From Candidatus Caldifonticola tengchongensis (GTDB lineage: Bacteria > Sysuimicrobiota > Sysuimicrobiia > Sysuimicrobiales > Sysuimicrobiaceae): DNA of 64,000 bases. Location: the NCBI GenBank assembly GCA_031432545.1, contig JAVKGX010000001.1, forward strand, positions 6,411-70,410, in the 5' to 3' direction. This document shows, in pieces, positions 9,704 through 19,557 of the stretch; the stretch's first letter is position 1, and every line of letters starts with the position of its first letter. A model generated the notes under the pieces. That model worked only from the letters and a program-made list of their open reading frames with translations. It had not been told where the DNA came from and did not search any database. Made by a program: the position numbers and the translations under genes.

Positions 9704-10909
9704 GTGGCGGAAGGCAGTTCGCTTCGGACCCCTGCGGCGCAGGGCTCCTCGGCCGGGGCGCCCCGGCTGCGCAACGTCGGGATCCCTCTGCTCCTGTTCG
9801 CCGTCGCCGCCGCCGTCCACATCGGATCGAATCCGCGTCCGCCGGGCTGGTACAAGCACTACGTGTACCAGGCCGTCGCCTTCGGCCAGGGCCGGCTGGA
9901 CGTCCGAGGCGTCCCCGACTTCTACCAGGACCTGTCGCCGTTTGAGGGCAGGGTCTATCTGCCCTTTCCACCGGCCCCGGCACTGGTCTTGATGCCGGCC
10001 GTCGCGTTGTGGGCAGAGGCGACCGACCAAACACGGGTGGCCCAGCTGCTGGGCGCGGTCAACGTCGCGCTGATGTGGGCGCTGCTCGTGCGCCTGGGTT
10101 TCCCCGCACCGGTGGCGCTGTTCGGAGCAGTGCTGTTGGGCTTCGGAACCGTGCACTGGTCGGCCGCGACGATCGGAACCACGTGGTTCTTCGCTCATGT
10201 CTGCGCCGTCTTCTTCGTGCTGCTGGCGTGGCTGGAGATCGAAGGCCGGGGCCGGGGCTGGCTGGCGGGGGTGTGGTTCGCGCTCGCATGGCTGTCGCGC
10301 GTGCCGGTCCTCCTCGCGCTCCCGGCGGCTGCGTGGAGGTTGCGGCGGCTGGGAGACGATCGCGTGTGGTGGTTCGCGGCGGCTAACCTCGCCGGCCTGA
10401 TCTTGTTCTTCCTCTACAATGCTGCGCGGTTCGGCGACCCGCTGGAGACAGGGATCTCGATGCACACCCACGCCGCCCACTTCACCGAACCCCTCCGGCA
10501 GGGCATCCTCAGCGTCGCCCACCTGGGGCGCAACCTGCACACCATGTGGCTGCGCGGGTTCGAGGTGATCGGCAGTGCGCCGTTCTTGCGCCCCTCTGCC
10601 GAGGGGCTTTCGGTCTTTCTCACCACACCCGCCCTCGTGCGCGTGTTCGCCCCGCTCACCCCCTACCGCTCCTGCCATCGGATCCTCGTGGCGGCCATCG
10701 CGCTCGTGATGCTGCCTTCGCTATTCTGGTTCTCGACGGGGTGGGTGCAGTGGGGTTACCGTTACAGCCTCGACTGGATGCCGCTCGCTGTGGTGCTCCT
10801 GGCGCTGTGCCTGCGCCCGGCGCCCACGGGCCTGGACTGGGCGTTGCTGGGTTTGAGCGTGGCGAGCAACGCCCTGGGCGCGTACTGGATCCGTGTGCTG
10901 GGCTGGTAG
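9704..10909 (+). CDS. polytopic membrane protein, possible GT-C-fold glycosyltransferase (PMT/ArnT-like)
   Basis: About 11 predicted TM helices with a first periplasmic loop rich in aromatic and acidic residues. GTG start at 9704. The functional call is low-confidence. Confidence 0.4.
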   Translation: MAEGSSLRTPAAQGSSAGAPRLRNVGIPLLLFAVAAAVHIGSNPRPPGWYKHYVYQAVAFGQGRLDVRGVPDFYQDLSPFEGRVYLPFPPAPALVLMPAVALWAEATDQTRVAQLLGAVNVALMWALLVRLGFPAPVALFGAVLLGFGTVHWSAATIGTTWFFAHVCAVFFVLLAWLEIEGRGRGWLAGVWFALAWLSRVPVLLALPAAAWRLRRLGDDRVWWFAAANLAGLILFFLYNAARFGDPLETGISMHTHAAHFTEPLRQGILSVAHLGRNLHTMWLRGFEVIGSAPFLRPSAEGLSVFLTTPALVRVFAPLTPYRSCHRILVAAIALVMLPSLFWFSTGWVQWGYRYSLDWMPLAVVLLALCLRPAPTGLDWALLGLSVASNALGAYWIRVLGW

Positions 10910-11016
10910 GACCGTTCACGGCTCCTTTACGTTGCTCAGATGTACTACCCCAAGCAGGGCGACACCCATGGGCGGCGCGAATGCCGTCCCGCGGCCGGTC
11001 GCCGACCGGATGACCG

Positions 11017-11661
11017 ATGCGCACCATCGTGTTCGTCGCCGCGCTCGCTGTCGCGGCCGGGCTCGCCGCCCCGACCGCGGAGACGGCGGCACCGTCTCCG
11101 AGCCCGCTGCCGCCGGGATTCGAGCGGTTCGTCGTCGATCCGTCCGCGTCGACGGTATCCTATCGGGTCGACGAGACCTTCCTGGGCGACAACCGGTTCA
11201 ACACCGCCGTCGGAACCACCAACGAGGTGCACGGCGATATCGTCGTGAACCGGCAGAACCCGCGCGCCAGTCGCGTCGGGCGCATCACGGTCGACATCAG
11301 CGCGCTGCGGTCCGACAGCACGCGGCGGGACAACGCGATCCGCAACCGCTGGTTGGAGTCGGCACGCTACCCGCTCGCCGAGTTCCTGACCACCGAGATC
11401 CGGGGCCTGCCGCAGACTTACCGCGAGGGGGAAGCACTGAAGGTCGCCGTCGTCGGAAACCTAAAGATCCGCGACGTCATCCGGCAGACCACATTCGATG
11501 CGACACTGACGCTGAGCGGAGCCACGCTCACGGCGGTGGCGACGACCGAGATCCGCATGACGGACTTCGGCTTCGAGCCGCCCTCGATTCTGGGATTCGT
11601 GCGCGCGCAGAACGAGGCGAAGCTGGAGTTGCGGTTGACGGCCAGGCGGGCGCCGCGCTGA
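11017..11661 (+). CDS. YceI-family periplasmic protein
   Basis: Signal peptide followed by YceI-like beta-barrel sequence features (SxVxYxV..., GxxxEVxGxI). Confidence 0.7.
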   Translation: MRTIVFVAALAVAAGLAAPTAETAAPSPSPLPPGFERFVVDPSASTVSYRVDETFLGDNRFNTAVGTTNEVHGDIVVNRQNPRASRVGRITVDISALRSDSTRRDNAIRNRWLESARYPLAEFLTTEIRGLPQTYREGEALKVAVVGNLKIRDVIRQTTFDATLTLSGATLTAVATTEIRMTDFGFEPPSILGFVRAQNEAKLELRLTARRAPR

Positions 11662-11676
11662 GCGGTCGTCCGGTGG

Positions 11677-12684
11677 GTGGCAACGATGATGCCACGGCGG
11701 CTACTAGATTGGTCAGTCCGCAGCGGCGCACTGTCTGCCGTCGCGGTGGCCCTGCTGGCTGCGGCGGCGGTCGCCCAGCTGGCGGCCGACCCGCAGGCGA
11801 TCTACGATCGGGTCGCTCCCTCGATCGCGACCCTCCAAGTCGGCGCGGAAGGACGGAGCGCCACCGGTACCGCGTTCGCATTCAACGCCTCCGGTCAGCT
11901 CCTGACCGCGGCGCACGTAGTACGGGGCGCGGAACGGATCCGAGTCGAGTTCGCAGACGGGTCCTCCGCGGAGGCACACTTGGTCGGATACGACGCGCGG
12001 CGTGACCTCGCGGTCATCCGCGCGGACTCGACGCCGCTCCCCTTGCCGCTGATCGGAGCGGAGGCTTTGAAGGTGGGCGATCCCGTCTTCGTCGTCGGTT
12101 CGCCGCGCGGGCGGCCCCTCACTGTCAGCGCCGGTCAGGTGCTCGCCAACGGCACGACGCTGGCCGGCTTGGTGCCGGGAATCATGATCCGCAACAGCGC
12201 GCCGATCCAGCCGGGCCACTCCGGTAGTCCGCTGCTGGACGGGCAGGGGCGGGCGGTCGGCGTCGTCGTGGCCATCTCGACCCGGCCCGGCGAGGAAGGC
12301 GGACTCGCGGTGTCCGGCTCGGTCGTGCGCGAGACGCTGCCGGCCCTGCTCGCCGGGGTGCGGCGCGAGCGGGCGTGGCTGGGCATCGTGGCGATCGCGC
12401 TCGATGCGTCACTGGCTCGACAGCGGAATCTGCCGGTGGACCGCGGGATGCTGGTGGTGGAGGTGCAGCCCGGGAGCCCAGCCGAACAGGCGGGCTTGCG
12501 CGGCGACCGAAAGGATGGTCCCGTGGGCGACGTCATCGTGGCGCTGGACGGGTATCCGGTCGCCACCTGGGAGGACGTGATGCGCGTTCTCGGCGCGCGC
12601 GAACCCGGACAGCGGATGCAGGTCGAGATCGTGCGCGAATCCCGGCAAGTGACGGTCGAGGTCACGCTGGGCGCAAGACCCTAG
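11677..12684 (+). CDS. HtrA/DegP-family serine protease with PDZ domain
   Basis: Signal peptide, catalytic triad contexts (TAAHVV, GHSGSPLLD) and a C-terminal PDZ (GMLVVEVQPGSPAEQAGLRGD...DVIVALDG). The start is GTG 11677 or ATG 11686. Confidence 0.8.
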   Translation: MATMMPRRLLDWSVRSGALSAVAVALLAAAAVAQLAADPQAIYDRVAPSIATLQVGAEGRSATGTAFAFNASGQLLTAAHVVRGAERIRVEFADGSSAEAHLVGYDARRDLAVIRADSTPLPLPLIGAEALKVGDPVFVVGSPRGRPLTVSAGQVLANGTTLAGLVPGIMIRNSAPIQPGHSGSPLLDGQGRAVGVVVAISTRPGEEGGLAVSGSVVRETLPALLAGVRRERAWLGIVAIALDASLARQRNLPVDRGMLVVEVQPGSPAEQAGLRGDRKDGPVGDVIVALDGYPVATWEDVMRVLGAREPGQRMQVEIVRESRQVTVEVTLGARP

Positions 12685-12712
12685 GGCCCGGTTGGGTTGC
12701 TGCGGAGGTAGC

Positions 12713-13726
12713 GTGCGTTTCCTGTGGCCGGCCTTGCTGTGGGGACTCCTGCTGGTGCCCGCCCTCGCAGTCGGCTACGCGGCGTGGGTCCGACGGTCAG
12801 CTCCGCGCGCGCTGGCGCACCCGCACGCCGCCGCGATCGCGGTCTTGGTACGTGGGTCCTGGCGGCGCCACGCGGCGGCCGTACTGTACCTGGTGGCGGT
12901 CGCATCCGTGCTGCTGGCCGCTGCCCGTCCTACCTTCCCGCTCCCGGTGGCGGCGGACGGGCGTGCGATCATGTTGAGCATCGACGTCAGCGGCAGCATG
13001 CGGTCACAGGACGTGGAGCCGAACCGTCTGGAGGCCGCCAAGAGCGCGGCGAAGGCGTTCGTCGCGGCGCTGCCCAACTCGGTACGCGTGGGGCTCGTGG
13101 CGTTCGGAGGCTACGCGCAGCTGATCCGGCCGCCGACCACCGACCGGCTGGCGCTCAACCAGGCGATCGACGATCTGGGGTTCGTGCGGCGGACGGCGAT
13201 CGGGGAGGGGCTGATGGAGGCCGTCGCGGCGCTGCCGGGTCCCGTCCGCCCGAGCGTCGACGGCGTCCTGCCCGACCGGCCGGCCGGGCGGCTCGCACCG
13301 GGCATCGTCGTGTTGCTGTCCGACGGGCGCAACAACGCAGGGATGGATCCCCTGCAGGCAGCCGAGTGGGCCAGACAGCAGGCAGTCACGGTCTACACCG
13401 TCGGCGTGGGACAACCGGTGACCCCCAACAACGTCTGGACGCTGGGCGGATCGCTCGACGAGACGACGCTGCAGGAGATCGCACGGCGGACCGGTGGCGC
13501 GTACCACCACGCCTCGACCGCGTCGCGGCTGCACCAGGTCTATCGCACGCTGGCGCGGCAGGTCGGCTGGGAGCGGCGGCCGGTCGAGGTCTCGGGAATC
13601 GTGGCGTTGGTCGCCGCCGCGGCATTGCTGGCGGCGATCGCCGCCTCGACGTTCACGCACCCGGCGCAAGCAAGCGGCTGGCAGACCGGCGACCGTCCAG
13701 CGGAGCGCGCCGCAGAGAGCAGGTAG
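12713..13726 (+). CDS. VWA-domain membrane protein (BatA-like)
   Basis: Two N-terminal TM helices, a MIDAS motif DVSGSM, a vWA fold and a C-terminal TM. GTG at 12713 is preceded by GGAGG. Confidence 0.7.
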   Translation: MRFLWPALLWGLLLVPALAVGYAAWVRRSAPRALAHPHAAAIAVLVRGSWRRHAAAVLYLVAVASVLLAAARPTFPLPVAADGRAIMLSIDVSGSMRSQDVEPNRLEAAKSAAKAFVAALPNSVRVGLVAFGGYAQLIRPPTTDRLALNQAIDDLGFVRRTAIGEGLMEAVAALPGPVRPSVDGVLPDRPAGRLAPGIVVLLSDGRNNAGMDPLQAAEWARQQAVTVYTVGVGQPVTPNNVWTLGGSLDETTLQEIARRTGGAYHHASTASRLHQVYRTLARQVGWERRPVEVSGIVALVAAAALLAAIAASTFTHPAQASGWQTGDRPAERAAESR

Positions 13727-13792
13727 AGCCGGACAGGAAGCAGACGGACGCCGTCGGGCAGCTGGACACCGGCGGCCAACAGGAGGACGACT

Positions 13793-14737
13793 ATGAACGA
13801 AGATCGCATCACCGACATGGGTCGCTACGTCCTCGAGGAGTGGGCGGAGGACTACCGCAAGGGCCAGCTCGGCCGCCGCGAGTTCCTGCGGCGCGTCGTG
13901 CTGTTCGCCGGTTCGACCGCAACCGCGGTGCCGCTGCTGGGCAGGCTAGGCGTCGCGGCTTCGGCCGAGGAGGTGTCGGCGGCCACGGCGCAGGTACCGC
14001 CGCCTCAGGCCACTCAGGGCGTGACGGTGCCGCCCGACGACCCTGCGATCCAGGTCGGTATGGTGACCTTCGCTCACGACGGCACGAACGTGCGCGGCTA
14101 CCTCGCCAGGCCCCGCAACCGCGATCGCGCCCCGGGCCTGGTCCTGTGCCACGAGAACCGGGGATTGGTCGAGCACACCCGGGACGTCGCCCGGCGGTTC
14201 GCCAAGGTGGGCTACGTCGCCCTCGCGGTGGATCTGGCCTCGCACGAGGGCGGTACGGACCGGTTCGGCGACCCCGCCGCGGTCACCGCGCTACTCGGAC
14301 GCACACCGCCCGCGCAACTCGTGGGGATGCTCGACGGCGGTGTGCACCACCTGCGATCGCGCGACTTCGTGCACGCGGACCGGATCGGTGCGATCGGCTG
14401 GTGTTTCGGGGGAGGCATGACGTGGCGGCTCGTCACCGTCAACCGCGACATCCGCGCCGCGGTGCCCTATTATGGACCCAACCCGCCACTGGAAGACGTG
14501 CCGCGGATCCACGCCGCGGTGCTGGGAATCTACGCGGAGCAGGACCAGCGGATCAACGCCGGAATCCCGGCCCTGCGCGAGGCGCTGCAGCGAGCCAATG
14601 TCACGCACGAGATCGTGATCTTCCCCGGCGTGGATCACGCGTTCTTCAACGACACCGGTGCGCGGTACAACGCGGCGGTCGCCCGCCAGGCCTGGGAACG
14701 GACGCTGGCCTGGTTGCAGCGATACCTCGGCGCGTGA
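13793..14737 (+). CDS. dienelactone hydrolase-family protein with Tat signal
   Basis: Twin-arginine motif RREFLRR followed by a hydrophobic stretch. DLH fold with the GWCFGG nucleophile elbow. AGGAGG RBS before ATG 13793. Confidence 0.8.
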   Translation: MNEDRITDMGRYVLEEWAEDYRKGQLGRREFLRRVVLFAGSTATAVPLLGRLGVAASAEEVSAATAQVPPPQATQGVTVPPDDPAIQVGMVTFAHDGTNVRGYLARPRNRDRAPGLVLCHENRGLVEHTRDVARRFAKVGYVALAVDLASHEGGTDRFGDPAAVTALLGRTPPAQLVGMLDGGVHHLRSRDFVHADRIGAIGWCFGGGMTWRLVTVNRDIRAAVPYYGPNPPLEDVPRIHAAVLGIYAEQDQRINAGIPALREALQRANVTHEIVIFPGVDHAFFNDTGARYNAAVARQAWERTLAWLQRYLGA

Positions 14738-14776
14738 GGGGGATCCTAACTGTGGGGGACGCGAGGAGGCGGTCGA

Positions 14777-16261
14777 TTGCGTAAGTCCTCGTGGGTGGTC
14801 GCCGCGGTGATGGTGGTGGGCTTGCTGGGCTGGCGCGGCATCGAGGCGGTCCGACCGCGCCCAGACGCACCGGCGCGCGCCGCCGGCGCGGTCCGCCAGC
14901 CGATGACCGTACAGGTCGCGCCGGCCGCGCGCCACAACCTGGCCCGGTGGGCGTCGTACTCCGGCGAGGTGCGGGCGCATTCGACGGTCGACGTCTTCCC
15001 GCGGATCTCCGGGGTCGTCGCGGAAGTGCGGGTGCGCGAAGGGGACCTGGTGGCCGCCGGGCAGGTGGTGGCACGCCTGGATCCCCGCGAGTTCCGCTTC
15101 CAGGCCGAGCAGGCACGCGCTGCAGTGAACACGCAGCGCGTGCAGGTCGAACAGGCCCGCGCCGCCGTCCGGACGCAGCGGCTGCAGGTCGAGCAGGCCC
15201 GCGCCGGCCTCGCCACGCAGCGCGCCCGCCTGGCCCAGCTGCTCGCAGGGCCGGCACCCGAGCAGATTCGACAGGCCGAAGAACAGGTGCGCCAGGCAAA
15301 GGCCGCCGTCGAGTTCAGTGCCGCACAGCTGCGGCGCACCGAAGAGCTGTTCGAGCAGGGATTCGTCGCCCGCCAGGCGGTCGATTCGGCCCGGATGGAC
15401 TACGAGGTGCAGCAGGCGCGGTTGCGGGCGGCCGAAGCGCAACTCAATCTCTTGCGCCAGGGACCGCGGGCCGAGGAGGTGGAGGTCGCCCGGGGGCAGC
15501 TGCGCCAGGCGGAAGTCGCGTTCCAACAGGCCCAAAGCCAGGCGGCCCAAGCCGAGGTCGCCTTGCGCCAGGCCGAAAGCGTCCTCGCCCAGTCCGAGGT
15601 CTCCCTCCGTCAGGCCGAGACCCTGCTCGCCGAAAGCGCAGTGCGCGCGCCCGCGGAGGGGGTCGTCGCCCGCCGCGCGGTCGACCCCGGCGACACCGTG
15701 ACGCCGTCGACCCTGCTGATGCAGGTGGTGGACATCGATCCGGTGGAGATCGCAGCACCGGTCAGTGAGCGCGATCTGGGCCGCGTAGCTGTCGGCATGC
15801 CAGCTGCGGTTCGGGTGGACGCGCTGCCAGACAGGATGTTCGCCGGACGGCTCGCGCGGGTAGGCCCGGTCCTGGCCACCGAGACCCGCACCGCGGAGAT
15901 CCGGGTGGAAGTCGCCAACCCCGATGCGTCGTTGCGCCCAGGCATGGCCGCCCGGGTCGAGCTCGTCTTGGAGCAGCGCCTTGGCGTGATCGCGGTGCCG
16001 ATCGAGGCCGTGGTGGAACGCGAAGGACGGCGCGTCGTATTCGTCGTCACAGACGGGCTGGCACAGGCGCGCCAGGTGGAGACCGGTCTAACGGACGGCA
16101 TGCGGATTGAGATCGTGCGGGGTCTGCGTCCGGGCGAAAACGTTGTGGTCACGGGCCAGGAGACGCTGCGCGACGGCACCCAGGTCCTCGTGGCGGGGCC
16201 GGGGACATCTCCGCGGGGTCCCCGACGCGTCCCGACGCGCCCAGGAGGGGACCGACCGTGA
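14777..16261 (+). CDS. RND efflux periplasmic adaptor (membrane fusion protein) with extended coiled-coil hairpin
   Basis: N-terminal TM, MFP lipoyl/beta-barrel segments and a very long alpha-hairpin of QA-rich heptads. TTG start with GAGGAGG 6 nt upstream. Confidence 0.75.
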   Translation: MRKSSWVVAAVMVVGLLGWRGIEAVRPRPDAPARAAGAVRQPMTVQVAPAARHNLARWASYSGEVRAHSTVDVFPRISGVVAEVRVREGDLVAAGQVVARLDPREFRFQAEQARAAVNTQRVQVEQARAAVRTQRLQVEQARAGLATQRARLAQLLAGPAPEQIRQAEEQVRQAKAAVEFSAAQLRRTEELFEQGFVARQAVDSARMDYEVQQARLRAAEAQLNLLRQGPRAEEVEVARGQLRQAEVAFQQAQSQAAQAEVALRQAESVLAQSEVSLRQAETLLAESAVRAPAEGVVARRAVDPGDTVTPSTLLMQVVDIDPVEIAAPVSERDLGRVAVGMPAAVRVDALPDRMFAGRLARVGPVLATETRTAEIRVEVANPDASLRPGMAARVELVLEQRLGVIAVPIEAVVEREGRRVVFVVTDGLAQARQVETGLTDGMRIEIVRGLRPGENVVVTGQETLRDGTQVLVAGPGTSPRGPRRVPTRPGGDRP

Positions 16262-19200
16262 GCCCGCCGGCACTGGCGGTCGCGCGTCCGATCGGAACGT
16301 GCATCCTGTTCAGCGTGGTCGTGCTCTTGGGCCTGACCGCGCTGGCAGGCCTGCCGATCGATCTGCTCCCAGAGGTGTCGCTGCCCAGGCTGTCGGTGTC
16401 CACGCAGTATCCGGGTGCCGGCCCCGAGGAAGTGGAGAACCTGGTCTCGCGGGTCATCGAGGAAGCCGCCAGCACGGTCCCCGGGGCGCAGGAAGTGATC
16501 TCGACGTCCAGCCAGGGTGCGTCCAGCGTGGTCGTGCTGTTCCCCAACGGCACCGACCTGAACGCGGCGGCCGACGACCTGCGTGCCGCTGTGGAACGGG
16601 CGCGCCGACGCCTGCCCGACGGCGCGTCGCCGCCGATCGTCTTCAAGTTCGACCCCTCGCAGCAACCGATCATGCAGATGGGGCTGATCGCGCGCGAAGG
16701 GTCCAACCTGGACAGCGCGGAGTTGCGACGCCTGGCCGATGAGCAGGTCCTGTTCCGGCTGGAGCGGGTGCCCGGCGTCGCGCTGGCCGAGGTCCGCGGC
16801 GGCCGGCGCCGGCATATCCAGGTGGCGCTCGACCGCGATCGGATGCAGGCGTTGCGGATCTCCGAGCGCGACGTCGCCACCGCGCTGGCCGCCGCCAACA
16901 TCGCCGCACCGGCCGGCGAGGTCCTGGAGGGGACGCGGCAACTCGGTCTGCGCGTCCTCAGCCGTTACCGCGACCTCGATCAGATCCGCAACACCGTCGT
17001 CGCGTACCGCGGCGGGGCACCGATCCACGTGCGGGACGTCGCCGAGGTGGCGGCTGGGCAAGAGGAGGACACGGGTCGCATCCGCATCAACGGCGTGCCC
17101 GGCGTCTTGCTGCAAGTCCAACGACAGCCCGGTCGGAACACCGTGGCCGTCTCCGACGGCGTGCTGCGGCAGGTGGAGCAACTCAACGCCACCCTGCCGG
17201 GTGCGCGGATCGTCGTGGTCGCCGACAACGCGCGGTTCATCCGCAGCGCGCTCGCGTCGGTGCGCAACGCGCTGCTGCTGGGGACCATCTTCGCCGTCGC
17301 CGTGCTGCTGTTCTTCCTGCGCGACGTGCGCAGCGTGCTGGTCATCGGTACGGCGATCCCGATCTCGATTCTGGCCGCCTGCGCGCTGATGTTCTTCTCG
17401 GGATACACCCTCAACCTGATGACGATGGGCGCGCTGGCGCTGGGCGTCGGGATGCTCGTGGACACCTCGATCGTCGTCTTGGAGAACATCTACCGACACC
17501 GCGAAGCGGGCTGCGCAGGGCCCGAAGCCGCGGTGCGCGGCGCACGCGAAGTGGCCTCGGCCGTCACCGCATCGACGCTGACGACCATCGTCGTGTTCCT
17601 GCCCGTGATCTTTTTGCGCGGCGGCGCCGTCGTCACGCAGATGTTCTTCCAGTTCTCGATGGTCGTCATCTTCGCGCTGCTGTGCTCCTTGGCGGTCTCG
17701 CTCACCCTGACGCCGGTGCTGGCCTCGTGGCTGCCGGCCCTGCACGCGGCGCGGTCGGACAGCACCCGCAGCGGCCGCCTGGTGACCGCGTACCGGTCGT
17801 TGCTGGACTGGGCCCTGCGGCACCGGGCGGCGGTGTTCGCGGCAGCGCTGGCGGTCTTTCTGATCGGCCTGGGTGCCTCTCGGCTGGTGGGCAGCGAGAT
17901 CCTCCCAGCCTCCGACGAGGGCGAGATCTTCGTCAGTGCGGTCCTGCCCGTCGGCACACGGCTCGATCTCACCGAGCAGACGCTGCGCGGTCTGGAGCAG
18001 GCGGCGCGCGAGGCCGCACCCGAGATCGTCGACTCCACGCTGGCGGTCGGGTCGGCCGGATTCGGGACGGGAACGCACCGCGGATCGCTGCGGTTGCGGC
18101 TGCTCCCCAAGGGTGAGCGGTCCCGAACGACCGAACAGATCGCGTCGGTGCTGCGTCAGCGCCTGCGGGTCCCGGGAGGCCGGGTGATGGTGCGGGCGAG
18201 CGCGGGCGCACTGGGGATCCTGCGGTTCGGCAGCAGCGCCGACCCCATCAGCGTGGACATCCGCGGCTTCGATCTGGATGCGGGCATGCGGCTGGCCGAA
18301 CAAGTGCGCGACGCGCTGGAGCAAGTTCCCGGCGTCACTGATGCCAGCGTCGCCCGGGAGGAGCGCATCCCCGAGATGGCCGTGCGCGTGGACGTCGAGC
18401 GCGCAGCGGCGTTCGGGCTCACGCCCCAGCAGGTGGGCGACGTCCTCAGCGCAGCGGTGGCCGGGCGGACCGCCACGATCCTCCGGGAAGGGGGGCGCGA
18501 GATGGACGTCGTCGTCCGGCTCCGTGAGGACGATCGGCGCACCGCGGCCGACCTCCTGTCGGTTCCGATCACCGCCACGGGTGGGCGCCAGATCCTGCTG
18601 GGCCAGGTCGCGGAGGTCGTGCGCGGAGTTGCGCCCGCCCAGATCTTCCGCCGGGGCCGCGAACGGGTCATCACGGTGAGCGCAGGGCTGAGCGGGCGCG
18701 ACTTCGGCAGCGCGATGGAGGAAGTGCGTGCGCGGATCGCTCAGATTTCCCTGCCGCCCGGGTTCGCCATCGCGTTCGGCGAGCAGTACGAGGAACAACA
18801 GCGCGCCAACCGCCAGCTCCTGCTGGGATTCGGCGTGGCGGTTCTGCTCGTGTACGCGGTGATGGCGATCCAGTTCGAGCGGCTGGTGCAGCCGTTGCTG
18901 ATCATGGGCGCGGTGCCGTTCGCGGTCGCGGGATCGTTGTTGATGCTGTGGCTGACCCAGACGACGCTGAACGTCCAGTCGTGGATCGGGATCATCGTGC
19001 TGGCCGGGATCGTCGTCAACAACGCGATCGTGCTCGTCGACTTCATCCTCTCCAAGCACCGCGGCGAGGGCACGCCGCCGCGGCAGGCCGCGGTGGAGGC
19101 GTCGGCGGCGCGCCTGCGGCCGGTCCTGATGACGACGCTGACGACGGTGCTGGCCCTCGTGCCGGTGGCGATCGGCCTGGGCGAGGGCGCGGAACTGCAG

Positions 19201-19437
19201 GCCCCGCTCGCCCGCAGCGTGATCGGCGGCATGCTGCTGTCGGCGCTGGTGACGCTGGTGTTCATCCCCACGCTGTACGTCGCAGTCGAGGAGCGGCGGG
19301 AACGCCGCCCGGCTCCCCAGCCCGCGTGGGCTCCGGTGGCGGGCGGAAGCGTCCCGATCGACGACGGGCGGTCTGCTCGGGCCGCCGGCAGCCCGACCAC
19401 GGATCCCACCGGCGCCTCGGCGTCCGGCGACGCGTAG
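16258..19437 (+). CDS. RND efflux permease (AcrB/HAE1 family)
   Basis: 1059 aa with 12 TM helices and two large periplasmic loops, showing AcrB-family conservation throughout. GTGA start/stop overlap with the MFP. Confidence 0.9.
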   Translation: MSPPALAVARPIGTCILFSVVVLLGLTALAGLPIDLLPEVSLPRLSVSTQYPGAGPEEVENLVSRVIEEAASTVPGAQEVISTSSQGASSVVVLFPNGTDLNAAADDLRAAVERARRRLPDGASPPIVFKFDPSQQPIMQMGLIAREGSNLDSAELRRLADEQVLFRLERVPGVALAEVRGGRRRHIQVALDRDRMQALRISERDVATALAAANIAAPAGEVLEGTRQLGLRVLSRYRDLDQIRNTVVAYRGGAPIHVRDVAEVAAGQEEDTGRIRINGVPGVLLQVQRQPGRNTVAVSDGVLRQVEQLNATLPGARIVVVADNARFIRSALASVRNALLLGTIFAVAVLLFFLRDVRSVLVIGTAIPISILAACALMFFSGYTLNLMTMGALALGVGMLVDTSIVVLENIYRHREAGCAGPEAAVRGAREVASAVTASTLTTIVVFLPVIFLRGGAVVTQMFFQFSMVVIFALLCSLAVSLTLTPVLASWLPALHAARSDSTRSGRLVTAYRSLLDWALRHRAAVFAAALAVFLIGLGASRLVGSEILPASDEGEIFVSAVLPVGTRLDLTEQTLRGLEQAAREAAPEIVDSTLAVGSAGFGTGTHRGSLRLRLLPKGERSRTTEQIASVLRQRLRVPGGRVMVRASAGALGILRFGSSADPISVDIRGFDLDAGMRLAEQVRDALEQVPGVTDASVAREERIPEMAVRVDVERAAAFGLTPQQVGDVLSAAVAGRTATILREGGREMDVVVRLREDDRRTAADLLSVPITATGGRQILLGQVAEVVRGVAPAQIFRRGRERVITVSAGLSGRDFGSAMEEVRARIAQISLPPGFAIAFGEQYEEQQRANRQLLLGFGVAVLLVYAVMAIQFERLVQPLLIMGAVPFAVAGSLLMLWLTQTTLNVQSWIGIIVLAGIVVNNAIVLVDFILSKHRGEGTPPRQAAVEASAARLRPVLMTTLTTVLALVPVAIGLGEGAELQAPLARSVIGGMLLSALVTLVFIPTLYVAVEERRERRPAPQPAWAPVAGGSVPIDDGRSARAAGSPTTDPTGASASGDA

Positions 19438-19557
19438 CGCGATCAGCCCCGGGAACACCTACTTGCTCCGTGGCCCGCCGACGCGTGCGCTCGAGGATCG
19501 GGGTCGTTGGATACGAGCGCACTCACCGACGCAGAAAACGATGGAGGCCGTACTTCC

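Noticed and set aside
15610-19458. 1282-aa ORF on the minus strand
   Set aside because: It is antisense to the strongly conserved AcrB-family gene (16258-19437 +). It has an R/G/D/H-rich low-complexity translation and no RBS, and is a high-GC artefact.
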